64,000 nt of DNA. It comes from Eledone cirrhosa. Lineage: Eukaryota. Below, one piece after another: positions 40,501 through 54,700 of the stretch. Both the position numbers and the translations under genes were made by a program. Position 1 is the first letter of the stretch. The number at the start of each line of letters is the position of its first letter. The stretch spans positions 237,894,001 to 237,958,000 of the forward strand of contig OZ024741.1 of NCBI GenBank assembly GCA_964016885.1. The letters run 5' to 3'. A model generated the notes under the pieces. It was given only the letters and a program-made list of their open reading frames with translations. It ran no database searches and was not told the DNA's origin.

Positions 40501-40810
40501 TATTGTTGTGTTGGTTGTTGTTGTTATTGTTGTGTTGGTTGTTATTGTTGTTATTGTTGTGTTGGTTGTTGTTGTTGTTATTGTTGTTATTGTTGTGTTG
40601 GTTGTTATTGTTGTTACTGTTGTTATTGTTGTGTTGGTTGTTATTGTTGTTACTGTTGTTATTGTTGTGTTGGTTGTTATTGTGGTTATTGTTATGTTGG
40701 TTGTTATATGTTATGGCGGTTGTTATTGTTGTTATTGTTTTGATGGTTGTTGTTGTTATTGTTGTGTTGGTTGTTGTTGTTGTTATTATTGTGTTGGTTG
40801 TTGTTGTTGT
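28555..40810. repeat. 24-bp GTT-derived satellite (GTTGGTTGTTA(C/T)TGTTGTTATTGTTGT-type), about 500 monomers
   Basis: GTGTTGGTTG recurs mostly every 24 bp, with 15, 21 and 33-bp variants. A ~1.9-kb higher-order duplication is present. Confidence 0.97.
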
Positions 40811-41860
40811 TGACACTATTGATGTAGCTGTTGTTGTTGTTGTTGGCACTGTTGATGCAGTTGTTGTTGTTGTTGTTGTTGTTGACACTGTTGATGCAGT
40901 TGTTGTTGACACAGTTGATGCAGCTGTTGTTGTTGTTGACACTGTTGATGCAGTTGTTGTTGTTGTTGACACTGTTGATGCAGTTGTTGTTGACACTGTT
41001 GATGCATTTGTTGTTGTTGTTGTTGTTGTTGTTGACACTGTTGATGCAGCTGTTGTTGTTGTTGACACTGTTGATGCAGTTGTTGTTGTTGTTGACACTG
41101 TTGATGCAGCTGTTGTTGTTGTTGTTGACACTGTTGATGCAGCTGTTGTTGTTGTTGTTGACACTGTTGATGCAGCTGTTGTTGTTGTTGACACTGTTGA
41201 TGCAGTTGTTGTTGTTGTTGACACTGTTGATGCATTTGTTGTTGTTGTTGTTGTTGTTGACACTGTTGATGCAGCTGTTGTTGTTGTTGACACTGTTGAT
41301 GCAGTTGTTGTTGTTGTTGACACTGTTGATGCAGCTGTTGTTGTTGTTGTTGACACTGTTGATGCAGCTGTTGTTGTTGTTGTTGACACTGTTGATGCAG
41401 CTGTTGTTGTTGTTGACACTGTTGATGCAGTTGCTGTTTTTGTTGACACTGTTGATGCAGCTGTTGTTGTTGTTGACACTGTTGATGCAGTTGCTGTTGT
41501 TGTTGACACTGTTGATGCAGTTGTTGTTGCTGTTGACACTGTTGATGCAGCTGTTGTTGTTGTTGACACTGTTGATGCAGCTGTTGTTGTTGTTGACACT
41601 GTTGATGCAGTTGTTGTTGTTGTTGACACTGTTGATGCAGTTGTTGTTGTTGTTGACACTGTTGATGCAGCTGTTGTTGTTGTTGACACTGTTGATGCAG
41701 CTGTTGTTGTTGTTGTTGACACTGTTGATGCAGCTGTTGTTGTTGTTGACACTGTTGATGCAGTTGCTGTTGTTGTTGACACTTTTGATGCAGTTGTTGT
41801 TGTTGTTGACACTTTTGATGCAGTTGTTGTTGTTGTTGACACTGTTGATGCAGCTGTTGT
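40811..41860. repeat. ~27-33-bp minisatellite GACACTGTTGATGCAG(CTG)(TTG)n
   Basis: Constant GACACTGTTGATGCA core with a variable (GTT)n spacer, about 35 copies. Confidence 0.95.
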
Positions 41861-42159
41861 TCTCCAACACAAGATCAAGCAAATCAATGGTGAAGGAGTG
41901 TAGAACTGTGTGTATCATCTGTGCTGCTTGGCAGTTGTGTCAGATGGGAGGATGGAAGGAGGGGCTGGTGATAGTGAGAGATAACAGCCCTACTCCCTAA
42001 AGCACTGGGGTGGAGCAGTCTATCATTGATTGATCTTTATCTGGATGAGGCTGATGGGTGGAACGGGGTGATGAGGGGTGGGATTCTTTAAGAGAATATT
42101 TGTCTGGGGTTAGTTAAAGGATCCTGTCTTCTTGAACTTTCCCTCCCACATTTCATTCT

Positions 42160-42645
42160 GGTAATGGTGGGAGGTGGTGTGAGGACAGTGTAGATGAGGG
42201 TGATTTGCAGTGGGGCTGGTAACTGGTGGTGGTGGGTAGAAGTAGTGGTGGTGGTGGTGGTGGTGGTGCTGGTAACTGGTGGTGGTGGGTAGAAGTAGTG
42301 GTGGTGGTGGTGGGTAGAAGTGGTAGTGGTGGTGGTATGGTGGTGCTGGTAACTGGTGGTGGTGGGTAGAAGTGGTAGTGGTGGTGGTGGTGGTGGTGGT
42401 GGTTGTGGTGGGTAGGAGTGTTGCTGGTGGGTAGAAGTGCTAGTGGTGGTGGCGGTGGTGGTGGTGGTGGTAGGTAGGAGTGGTGGTGGTGGTTGGTCAT
42501 GGTAATATTGGATGTATGTAGATCAATAACATTAGCAGTGGGAGGTGATATTGCTAGTGGTGAGAGTGGTAGTATTGGTGACAGTTGTATTGATAGGTAC
42601 AGTAGTATTGGTGGTAGTATTAGTATTATTATTAGTGGTATTATC
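42160..42645. repeat. (GGT)n-rich low-complexity region grading to (AGT/GGT)n
   Basis: Recurrent CTGGTAACTGGTGGTGGTGGGTAGAAGT units and (GGT)n runs. Confidence 0.85.
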
Positions 42646-42654
42646 GTGGCATAC

Positions 42655-42778
42655 GATCTGAGTTCAAATCCCGCCGAGGTTGACTTTGCCTTTCATCCTT
42701 ACGGGGTCGATAAAATAAAGTACCAGTAATACACTGGGTAATTGCTGGCCTTGTGCCTAAAGTAGAAACAGTTATTAG
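42655..42778 (+). mobile_element. SINE family B, 5'-truncated short form
   Basis: GATCTGAGTTCAAATCCCGCCGAGGTTGACTTTGCC...GTAGAAACAGTTATTA; only a few differences from the inverted copy at 7511-7635. Confidence 0.9.
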
Positions 42779-45700
42779 TGGTAGTACCTGTGGTGGTGTA
42801 GTGGTATATGTGGTAGTATCTGTGGTGGTGTAGTGGTATATGTGGTAGTATCTGTGGTGTAGTGGTATATGTGGTAGTGTCTGTGGTGTAGTGGTATATG
42901 TGGTAGTGTCTGTGGTGCAGTGGTATATGTGGTAGTGTCTGTGGTGTAGTGGTATATGTGGTAGTGCCTGTGGTGTAGTGGTATATGTGGTAGTGTCTGT
43001 GGTGTAGTGGTATATGTGGTAGTGTCTGTAGTGTAGTGGTATATGTGGTAGTGTCTGTGGTGTAGTGGTATATGTGGTAGTATCTGTAGTGTAGTGGTAT
43101 ATGTGGTAGTATCTGTAGTGTAGTGGTATATGTGGTAGTGTCTGTGGTCTAGTGGTATATCTGGTAGTATCTGTGGTGTAGTGGTATATGTGGTAGTGTC
43201 TGTGGTCTAGTGGTATATCTGGTAGTATCTGTGGTGTAGTGGTATATGTGGTAGTGTTTGTGGTCTAGTGGTATATCTGGTAGTATCTGTGGTGTAGTGG
43301 TATATGTGGTAGTATCTGTGGTCTATTGGTATATGTGGAAGTGTCTGTGGTGTAGTGGTATATGTGGTAGTGTCTGTGGTGTAGTGGTATATGTGGTAGT
43401 GTCTGAGGTGCAGTGTTATATGTGGTAGTGTCTGTGGTGCAGTGTTATATGTGGTAGTGTCTGTGGTGCAGTGTTATATGTGGTAGTGTCTGTGGTGTAG
43501 TGGTATATCTGGTAGTATCTGTGGTGTAGTGGTATATGTGGTAGTATCTGTGGTCTATTGGTATATGTGGTAGTGTCTGTGGTGTAGTGGTATATGTGGT
43601 AGTGTCTGTGGAGTAGTGGTATATGTGGTAGTATCTGTAGTGTAGTGGTATATGTGGTAGTGTCTGTGGTGTAGTGGTATATGTGGTAGTGTCTGTGGTG
43701 TAGTGGTATATGTGGTAGTATCTGTAGTGTAATGGTATATGTGGTAGTGTCTATGGTGTAGTGGTATATGTGGTAGTATCTGTGGTCTAGTGGTATATGT
43801 GGTAGTACCTGTGGTGTAGTGGTATATGTGGTAGTATCTGTGGTGTAGTGGTATATGTGGTAGTGTCTGTGGTGTAGTGGTATATGTGGTAGTATCTGTA
43901 GTCTAGTGGTATATGTGGTAGTGTCTGTGGTGTAGTGGTATATGTGGTAGTATATGTGGTCTAGTGGTATATGTGGTAGTACCTGTGGTGTAGTGGTATA
44001 TGTGGTAGTATCTGTCGTGTAGTGGTATATGTGGTAGTGTCTGTGGTGTAGTGGTATATGTGGCAGTATCTGTAGTGTAGTGGTATATGTGGTAGTGTCT
44101 GTGGTGTAGTGGTATATGTGGTAGTGTCTGTGGTGTAGTGGTATATGTGGTAGTATCTGTGGTGTAGTGGTATATGTGGTAGTGTCTGTGGTGTAGTGGT
44201 ATATGTGGTAGTATCTGTGGTGTAGTGGTATATGTGGTAGTATCTGTGGTGTAGTGGTATATGTGGTAGTATCTGTGGTGTAGTGGTATATGTGGTAGTA
44301 TCTGTGGTGTAGTGGTATATGTGGTAGTGTTTGTGGTGTAGTGGTATATGTGGTAGTATATGTGGTGTAGTGCTATATGTGGTAGTATCTGTGGTGTAGT
44401 GGTATATGTGGTAGTGTCTGTGGTGTAGTAGTATATGTGGTAGTATCTGTGGTGTAGTGGTATATGTGGTAGTATCTGTGGTGTAGTGGGATATGTAGTA
44501 GTGTCTGTGGTGTAGTGGTATATGTGGTAGTGTCTGTGGTGTAGTGGTATATGTGGTAGTGTCTGTGGTGTAGTGGTATATGTGGTAGTATCTGTGGTGT
44601 AGTGGTATATGTGGTAGTATCTGTAGTGTAGTGGTATATGTGGTAGTATCTGTAGTGTAGTGGTATATGTGGTAGTGTCTGTGGTGTAGTGGTATATGTG
44701 GTAGTGTCTGTGGTGTAGTGGTATATGTGGTAGTATCTGTGGTGTAGTGGTATATGTGGTAGTGTCTGTGGTGTAGTGGTATATGTGGTCGTGTGTGTTG
44801 TGTAGTGGTATATGTGGTAGTATCTGTGGTGTAGTGGTATATGTGGTAGTATCTGTGGTGTAGTGGTATATGTGGTAGTATCTGTGGTGTAGTAGTATAT
44901 GTGGTAGTATCTGTAGTGTAGTGGTATATATGGTAGTGTCTGTGGTGTAGTGGTATATGTGGTAGTGTCTGTGGTGTAGTGGTATATGTGGTAGTATCTG
45001 TGGTGTAGTGGTATATGTGGTAGCGTCTGTGGTGTAGTGGTATATGTGGTCGTGTGTGTGGTGTAGTGGTATATGTGGTCGTGTGTGTGGTGTAGTGGTA
45101 TATGTGGTAGTGTCTGTGGTGTAGTGGTATAATGTGGTAGTGTCTGTGGTGTAGTGGTATATGTGATAGTGTCTGTGGTGTAGTGGTATATGTGGTTGTG
45201 TCTGTAGTGTAGTGGTATATGTGATAGTGTCTGTGGTGTAGTGGTATATGTGATAGTGTCTGTGGTGTAGTGGTATATGTGATAGTGTCTGTGGTGTAGT
45301 GGTATATGTGATAGTGTCTGTGGTGTAGTGGTATATGTGGTAGTCTCTGTAGTGTAGTGGTATATGTGGTAGTATCTGTAGTGTAGTGGTATATGTGGTA
45401 GTGTCTGTGGTGTAGTGGTATATGCGGTAGTATCTGTGGTGTAGTGGTATATGTGGTCGTGTGTGTGGTGTAGTGGTATATGTGGTAGTATCTGTAGTGT
45501 AGTGGTATATGTGGTAGTGTCTGTGCTGTAGTGGTATATGTGGTAGTATCTATGGTGTAGTGGTATATGTGGTCGTGTGTGAGGTGTAGTGGTATATGTG
45601 GTAGTATCTGTAGTGTAGTGGTATATGTGGTAGTGTCTGTGGTGTAGTGGTATATGTGGTAGTATCTGTGGTGTAGTGGTATATGTGGTAGTGTCTGTGG

Positions 45701-48700
45701 TGTAGTGGTATATGTGGTAGTATCTGTGGTGTAGTGGTATATGTGGTAGTATCTGTGGTGTAGTGGTATATATGGTAGTATCTGTGGTGTAGTGGTATAT
45801 GTGGTAGTACCTGTGGTGTAGTGGTATATGTGGTAGTATCTGCGATGTAGTGGTATATGTGGTAGTACCTGTGGTGTAGTGGTATATGTGGTAGTGTCTG
45901 TGGTGTAGTGGTATATGTGGTAGTATCTGTGGTGTAGTGGTATATCTGGTAGTATCTGTGGTGTAGTGGTATATGTGGTAGTATCTGTGGTGTAGTGGTA
46001 TATGTGGTAGTATCTGTGGTGTAGTGGTATATCTGATAGTATCTGTAGTGTAGTGGTATATGTGGTAGTGTCTGTGGTGTAGTGGTATATCTGATAGTAT
46101 CTGTAGTGTAGTGGTATATGTGGTAGTGTCTGTCGTGTAGTGGTATATGTGGTAGTATCTGTGGTGTAGTGGTATATCTGGTAGTATCTGTGGTGTAGTG
46201 GTATATGTGGTAGTATCTGTAGTGTAGTGGTATATGTGGTAGTGTCTGTGGTGTAGTGGTATATGTGGTAGTATCTGTAGTGTAGTGGTATATGTGGTAG
46301 TGTCTGTGGTGTAGTGGTATATGTGATAGTGTCTGTGGTGTAGTGGTATATGTGGTAGTATCTGTAGTGTAGTGGTATATGTGGTAGTGTCTCTGGTGTA
46401 GTGGTATATGTGGTAGTATCTGTGGTGTAGTGGTATATGTGGTAGTGTCTGTGGTGTAGTGGTATATGTGGTAGTATCTGTGGTGTAGTGGTATATGTGG
46501 TAGTATCTGTGGTGTAGTGGTATATGTGGTAGTGTCTGTGGTCTATTGGTATATGTGGTAGTGTCTGTGGTGTAGTGGTATATGTGGTAGTGTCTGTGGT
46601 GTAGTAGTATATGTGGTAGTATCTATAGTGTAGTGGTATATGTGGTAGTGTCTGTGGTGTAGTGGTATATGTGGTAGTGTCTGTGGTGTAGTGGTATATG
46701 TGGTAGTATCTGTAGTGTAGTGGTATATGTGGTAGTGTCTGTGGTGTAGTGGTATATGTGGTAGTGTCTGTGGTATAGTGGTATATGTGGTAGTATCTGT
46801 AGTGTAGTGGTATATGTGGTAGTGTCTGTGGTATAGTGGTATATGTGGTAGTATCTGTGGTCTAGTGGTATATGTGGTAGTACCTGTGGTGTAGTGGTAT
46901 ATGTGGTAGTACCTGTGGTGTAGTGGTATATGTGATAGTGTCTGTGGTGTAGTGGTATATGTGGTAGTATCTGTAGTGTAGTGGTATATGTGGTAGTGTC
47001 TGTGGTGTAGTGGTATATGTGGTAGTATCTGTAGTGTAGTGGTATATGTGGTAGTGTCTGTGGTGTAGTGGTATATGTGATAGTGTCTGTGGTGTAGTGG
47101 TATATGTGGTAGTATCTGTAGTGTAGTGGTATATGTGGTAGTGTCTCTGGTGTAGTGGTATGTGTGGTAGTGTCTGTGGTGTAGTGGTATATGTGGTAGT
47201 ATCTGTAGTGTAGTGGTATATGTGGTAGTATCTGTGGTCCATTGGTATATGTGGTAGTGTCTGTGGTGTAGTGGTATATGTGGTAGTGTCTGTGGTGTAG
47301 TGGTATACGTGGTAGTATCTGTAGTGTAGTGGTATATGTGGTAGTGTCTGTGGTGTAGTGGTATATGTGATAGTGTCTGTGGTGTAGTGGTATATGTGGT
47401 AGTATCTGTAGTGTAGTGATATATGTGGTAGTGTCTGTGGTGTAGTGGTATATGTGGTAGTGTCTGTGGTGTAGTGGTATATGTGGTAGTATCTGTGGTC
47501 TAATGGTATATGTGGTAGTACCTGTGTTGTAGTGGTATATGTGGTAATATCTGTGGTGTAGTGGTATATCTGATAGTATCTGTAGTGTAGTGGTATATGT
47601 GGTAGTGTCTGTGGTGTAGTGGTATATGTGGTAGTATCTGTGGTGTAGTGGTATATCTGGTAGTATCTGTGGTGTAGTGGTATATGTGGTAGTATATGTG
47701 GTCTATTGGTATATGTGGTAGTGTCTGTGGTGTAGTGGTATATGTGGTAGTGTCTGTGGTGTAGTGGTATATGTGGTAGTATCTGTAGTGTAGTGGTATA
47801 TGTGGTAGTGTCTGTGGTGTAGTGGTATATGTGGTAGTATCTGTAGTGTAGTGGTATATGTGGTAGTGTCTGTGGTGTAGTGGTATATGTGGTAGTATCT
47901 GTGGTGTAGTGGTATATCTGGTAGTATCTGTGGTGTAGTGGTATATGTGGTAGTATCTGTGGTGTAGTGGTATATGTGGTAGTGTCTGTGGTGTAGTGGT
48001 ATATGTGGTAGTGTCTGTGGTCTATTGGTATATGTGGTAGTGTCTGTGGTGTAGTGGTATATGTGGTAGTGTCTGTGGTGTAGTAGTATATGTGGTAGTA
48101 TCTATAGTGTAGTGGTATATGTGGTAGTGTCTGTGGTGTAGTGGTATATGTGGTAGTGTCTGTGGTGTAGTGGTATATGTGGTAGTATCTGTAGTGTAGT
48201 GGTATATGTGGTAGTGTCTGTGGTGTAGTGGTATATGTGGTAGTGTCTGTGGTGTAGTGGTATATGTGGTAGTATCTGTAGTGTAGTGGTATATGTGGTA
48301 TAGTGGTATATGTGGTAGTATCTGTGGTCTAGTGGTATATGTGGTAGTACCTGTGGTGTAGTGGTATATGTGGTAGTACCTGTGGTGTAGTGGTATATGT
48401 GGTAGTGTCTGTGGTGTAGTGGTATATGTGGTAGTATCTGTAGTGTAGTGGTATATGTGGTAGTGTCTGTGGTGTAGTGGTATATGTGGTAGTATCTGTA
48501 GTGTAGTGGTATATGTGGTAGTGTCTGTGGTGTAGTGGTATATGTGATAGTGTCTGTGGTGTAGTGGTATATGTGGTAGTATCTGTAGTGTAGTGGTATA
48601 TGTGATAGTGTCTGTGGTGTAGTGGTATATGTGGTAGTATCTGTGGAGTAGTGGTATATCTGGTAGTATCTGTGGTGTAGTGGTATATGTGGTAGTATCT

Positions 48701-51700
48701 GTGGTGTAGTGGTATATGTGGTAGTGTCTGTGGTGTAGTGGTATATGTGGTAGTGTCTGTGGTCTATTGGTATATGTGGTAGTGTCTGTGGTGTAGTGGT
48801 ATATGTGGTAGTGTCTGTGGTGTAGTAGTATACGTGGTAGTATCTATAGTGTAGTGGTATATGTGGTAGTGTCTGTGGTGTAGTGGTATATGTGGTAGTG
48901 TCTGTGGTGTAGTGGTATATGTGGTAGTATCTGTAGTGTAGTGGTATATGTGGTAGTGTCTGTGGTGTAGTAGTATATGTGGTAGTGTCTGTGGTGTAGT
49001 GGTATATGTGGTAGTATCTGTAGTGTAGTGGTATATGTGGTAGTGTCTGTGGTATAGTGGTATATGTGGTAGTATCTGTGGTCTAGTGGTATATGTGGTA
49101 GTACCTGTGGTGTAGTGGTATATGTGGTAGTACCTGTGGTGTAGTGGTATATGTGGTAGTGTCTGTGGTGTAGTGGTATATGTGGTAGTATCTGTAGTGT
49201 AGTGGTATATGTGGTAGTGTCTGTGGTGTAGTGGTATATGTGGTAGTATCTGTAGTGTAGTGGTATATGTGGTAGTGTCTGTGGTGTAGTGGTATATGTG
49301 ATAGTGTCTGTGGTGTAGTGGTATATGTGGTAGTATCTGTAGTGTAGTGGCATATGTGGTAGTGTCTCTGGTGTAGTGGTATGTGTGGTAGTGTCTGTGG
49401 TGTAGTGGTATATGTGGTAGTATCTGTAGTGTAGTGGTATATGTGGTAGTATCTGTGGTCCATTGGTATATGTGGTAGTGTCTGTGGTGTAGTGGTATAT
49501 GTGGTAGTGTCTGTGGTGTAGTGGTATACGTGGTAGTATCTGTAGTGTAGTGGTATATGTGGTAGTGTCTGTGGTGTAGTGGTATATGTGATAGTGTCTG
49601 TGGTGTAGTGGTATATGTGGTAGTATCTGTAGTGTAGTGATATATGTGGTAGTGTCTGTGGTGTAGTGGTATATGTGGTAGTGTCTGTGGTGTAGTGGTA
49701 TATGTGGTAGTATCTGTAGTGTAGTGGTATATGTGGTAGTGTCTGTGGTGTAGTGGTATATGTGGTAGTATCTGTGGTCTAATGGTATATGTGGTAGTAC
49801 CTGTGTTGTAGTGGTATATGTGGTAATATCTGTGGTGTAGTGGTATATCTGATAGTATCTGTAGTGTAGTGGTATATGTGGTAGTGTCTGTGGTGTAGTG
49901 GTATATGTGGTAGTATCTGTGGTGTAGTGGTATATCTGGTAGTATCTGTGGTGTAGTGGTATATGTGGTAGTATATGTGGTCTATTGGTATATGTGGTAG
50001 TGTCTGTGGTGTAGTGGTATATGTGGTAGTATCTGTAGTGTAGTGGTATATGTGGTAGTGTCTGTGGTGTAGTGGTATATGTGGTAGTATCTGTAGTGTA
50101 GTGGTATATGTGGTAGTGTCTGTGGTGTAGTGGTATATGTGGTAGTATCTGTGGTCTAGTGGTATATGTGGTAGTACCCGTGGTGTAGTGGTATATGTGG
50201 TAGTATCTGTGGTGTAGTGGTATATGTGGTAGTGTCTGTGGTGTAGTGGTATATGTGGTAGTATCTGTAGTGTAGTGGTATATGTGGTAGTGTCTGTGGT
50301 GTAGTGGTATATGTGGTAGTATCTGGGGTCTAGTGGTATATGTGGTAGTACCTGTGGTGTAGTGGTATATGTGGTAGTATCTGTGGTGTAGTGGTATATG
50401 TGGTAGTGTCTGTGGTGTAGTGGTATATGTGGCAGTATCTGTAGTGTAGTGGTATATGTGGTAGTGTCTCTGGTGTAGTGGTATATGTGGTAGTATCTGT
50501 GGTCTAGTGGTATATGTGGTAGTATCTGTGGTGTAGTGGTATATGTGGTAGTATCTGTGGTGTAGTGGTATATGTGGTAGTATCTGTGGTGTAGTGGTAT
50601 ATGTGGTAGTGTCTGTGGTGTAGTGGTATATGTGGTAGTATCTGTGGTGTAGTGGTATATGTGGTAGTATCTGTGGTGTAGTGGTATATGTGGTAGTATC
50701 TGTGGTGTAGTGGTATATGTGGTAGTGTCTGTGGTGTAGTGGTATATGTGGTAGTATCTGTGGTGTAGTGGTATATGTGGTAGTATCTGTGGTGTAGTGG
50801 TATATGTGGTAGTGTCTGTGGTGTAGTGGTATATGTGGTAGTATCTGTGGTGTAGTGGTATATGTGGTAGTATCTGTGGTGTAGTGGCATATGTAGTAGT
50901 GTCTGTGGTGTAGTGGTATATGTAGTAGTGTCTGTGGTGTTGTGGTATATGTGGTAGTGTCTGTGGTGTAGTGGTATATGTGGTAGTGTCTGTGGTCTAT
51001 TGGTATATGTGGTAGTGTCTGTGGTGTAGTAGTATATGTGGTAGTATCTGTAGTGTAGTGGTATATGTGGTAGTGTCTGTGGTGTAGTGGTATATGTGGT
51101 AGTGTCTGTGGTGTAGTGGTATATGTGGTAGTATCTGTAGTGTAGTGGTATATGTGGTAGTGTCTGTGGTGTAGTGGTATATGTGGTAGTGTCTGTGGTG
51201 TAGTGGTATATGTGGTAGTATCTGTAGTGTAGTGGTATATGTGGTAGTGTCTGTGGTATAGTGGTATATGTGGTAGTATCTGTGGTCTAGTGGTATATGT
51301 GGTAGTACCTGTGGTGTAGTGGTATATGTGGTAGTATCTGTGGTGTAGTGGTATATGTGGTAGTGTCTGTGGTGTAGTGGTATATGTGGTAGTATCTGTC
51401 GTGTAGTGGTATATGTGGTAGTGTCTGTGGTGTAGTGGTATATGTGGTAGTATCTGTAGTGTAGTGGTCTATGTGGTAGTGTCTGTGGTGTAGTGGTATA
51501 TGTGATAGTGTCTGTGGTGTAGTGGTATATGTGGTAGTATCTGTAGTGTAGTGGTATATGTGGTAGTGTCTGTGGTGTAGTGGTATGTGTGGTAGTGTCT
51601 GTGGTGTAGTGGTATATGTGGTAGTATCTGTAGTGTAGTGGTATATGTGGTAGTATCTGTGGTCCATTGGTATATGTGGTAGTGTCTGTGGTGTAGTGGT

Positions 51701-54700
51701 ATATGTGGTAGTGTCTGTGGTGTAGTGGTATATGTGGTAGTATCTGTAGTGTAGTGGTATATGTGGTAGTGTCAGTGGTGTAGTGGTATATGTGGTAGTG
51801 TCTGTGGTGTAGTGGTATATGTGGTAGTGTCTGTGGTGTAGTGGTATATGTGGTAGTGTCTGTGGTGTAGTGGTATATGTGGTAGTATCTCTAGTGTAGT
51901 GGTATATGTGGTAGTGTCTGTGGTGTAGTGGTATATGTGGTAGTATCTGTGGTCTAGTGGTATATTTGGTAGTACCTGTGTTGTAGTGGTATATGTGGTA
52001 ATATCTGTGGTGTAGTGGTATATCTGATAGTATCTGTAGTGTAGTGGTATATGTGGTAGTGTCTGTGGTGTAGTGGTATATGTGGTAGTATCTGTAGTGT
52101 AGTGGTATATGTGGTAGTATATGTGGTCTATTGGTATATGTGGTAGTGTCTGTGGTGTAGTGGTATATGTGGTAGTGTCTGTGGTGTAGTGGTATATGTG
52201 GTAGTATCCCTAGTGTAGTGGTATATGTGGTAGTGTCTGTGGTGTAGTGGTATATGTGGTAGTGTCTGTGGTGTAGTGGTATATGTGGTAGTATCTGTAG
52301 TGTAGTGGTATATGTGGTAGTGTCTGTGGTGTAGTGGTATATGTGGTAGTGTCTGTGGTGTAGTGGTATATGTGGTAGTATCTGTAGTGTAGTGGTATAT
52401 GTGGTAGTGTCTGTGGTGTAGTGGTATATGTGGTAGTATCTGTGGTCTAGTGGTATATGTGGTAGTACCTGTGGTGTAGTGGTATATGTGGTAGTATCTG
52501 TGGTCTAGTGGTATATGTGGTAGTACCTGTGGTGTAGTGGTATATGTGGTAGTATCTGTGGTGTAGTGGTATATGTGGTAGTGTCTGTGGTGTAGTGGTA
52601 TATGTGGCAGTATCTGTATTGTAGTGGTATATGTGGTAGTGTCTGTGGTGTAGTGGTATATGTGGTAGTATCTGTGGTCTAGTGGTATATGTGGTAGTAT
52701 CTGTGGTGTAGTGGTATATGTGGTAGTGTCTGTGGTGTAGTGGTATATGTGGTAGTATCTGTGGTGTAGTGGTATATGTCGTAGTGTCTGTGGTGTAGTG
52801 GTATATGTGGTAGTGTCTGTGGTGTAGTGGTATATGTGGTAGTATCTGTGGTGTAGTGGTATATGTGGAAGTATCTGTGGTGTAGTGGTATATGTGGTAG
52901 TATCTGTGGTGTAGTGGTATATGTGGTAGTGCCTGTGGTGTAGTGGTATATGTGGTAGTATCTGTGGTGTAGTGGTATATGTGGTAGTATCTGTGGTGTA
53001 GTGGTATATGTGGTTGTGTCTGTGGTGTAGTGGTATATGTGGTAGTATCTGTGGTGTAGTGGTATATGTGGTAGTATCTGTGGTGTAGTGGCATATGTAG
53101 TAGTGTCTGTGGTGTAGTGGTATATGTGGTAGTGTCTGTGGTGTAGTGGTATATGTGGTAGTGTCTGTGGTCTATTGGTATATGTGGTAGTGTCTGTGGT
53201 GTAGTGGTATATGTGGTAGTGTCTGTGGTGTAGTAGTATATGTGGTAGTATATATAGTGTAGTGGTATATGTGGTAGTGTCTGTGGTGTAGTGGTATATG
53301 TGGTAGTGTCTGTGGTGTAGTGGTATATGTGGTAGTATCTGTAGTGTAGTGGTATATGTGGTAGTGTCTGTGGTGTAGTGGTATATGTGGTAGTGTCTGT
53401 GGTGTAGTGGTATATGTGGTAGTATCTGTAGTGTAGTGGTATATGTGGTAGTGTCTGTGGTATAGTGGTATATGTGGTAGTATCTGTGGTCTAGTGGTAT
53501 ATGTGGTAGTACCTGTGGTGTAGTGGTATATGTGGTAGTACCTGTGGTGTAGTGGTATATGTGGTAGTGTCTGTGGTGTAGTGGTATATGTGGTAGTATC
53601 TGTAGTGTAGTGGTATATGTGGTAGTGTCTGTGGTGTAGTGGTATATGTGGTAGTATCTGTAGTGTAGTGGTATATGTGGTAGTGTCTGTGGTGTAGTGG
53701 TATATGTGATAGTGTCTGTGGTGTAGTGGTATATGTGGTAGTATCTGTAGTGTAGTGGTATATGTGGTAGTGTCTCTGGTGTAGTGGTATGTGTGGTAGT
53801 GTCTGTGGTGTAGTGGTATATGTGGTAGTATCTGTAGTGTAGTGGTATATGTGGTAGTATCTGTGGTCCATTGGTATATGTGGTAGTGTCTGTGGTGTAG
53901 TGGTATATGTGGTAGTGTCTGTGGTGTAGTGGTATACGTGGTAGTATCTGTAGTGTAGTGGTATATGTGGTAGTGTCTGTGGTGTAGTGGTATATGTGAT
54001 AGTGTCTGTGGTGTAGTGGTATATGTGGTAGTATCTGTAGTGTAGTGATATATGTGGTAGTGTCTGTGGTGTAGTGGTATATGTGGTAGTGTCTGTGGTG
54101 TAGTGGTATATGTGGTAGTATCTGTAGTGTAGTGGTATATGTGGTAGTGTCTGTGGTGTAGTGGTATATGTGGTAGTATCTGTGGTCTAATGGTATATGT
54201 GGTAGTACCTGTGTTGTAGTGGTATATGTGGTAATATCTGTGGTGTAGTGGTATATCTGATAGTATCTGTAGTGTAGTGGTATATGTGGTAGTGTCTGTG
54301 GTGTAGTGGTATATGTGGTAGTATCTGTGGTGTAGTGGTATATCTGGTAGTATCTGTGGTGTAGTGGTATATGTGGTAGTATATGTGGACTATTGGTATA
54401 TGTGGTAGTGTCTGTGGTGTAGTGGTATATGTGGTAGTGTCTGTGGTGTAGTGGTATATGTGGTAGTATCTGTAGTGTAGTGGTATATGTGGTAGTGTCT
54501 GTGGTGTAGTGGTATATGTGGTAGTATCTGTAGTGTAGTGGTATATGTGGTAGTGTCTGTGGTGTAGTGGTATATGTGATAGTGTCTGTGGTGTAGTGGT
54601 ATATGTGGTAGTATCTGTAGTGTAGTGATATATGTGGTAGTGTCTGTGGTGTAGTGGTATATGTGGTAGTGTCTGTGGTGTAGTGGTATATGTGGTAGTA

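Noticed and set aside
28427-42000. Giant ORFs (up to 4473 aa; poly-N/Q/H, poly-L/C/W, poly-V/I)
   Set aside because: They are open in several frames on both strands because the (GTT)n-derived repeat lacks stops. There are no domains, and the residue pattern switches at single-base indels.
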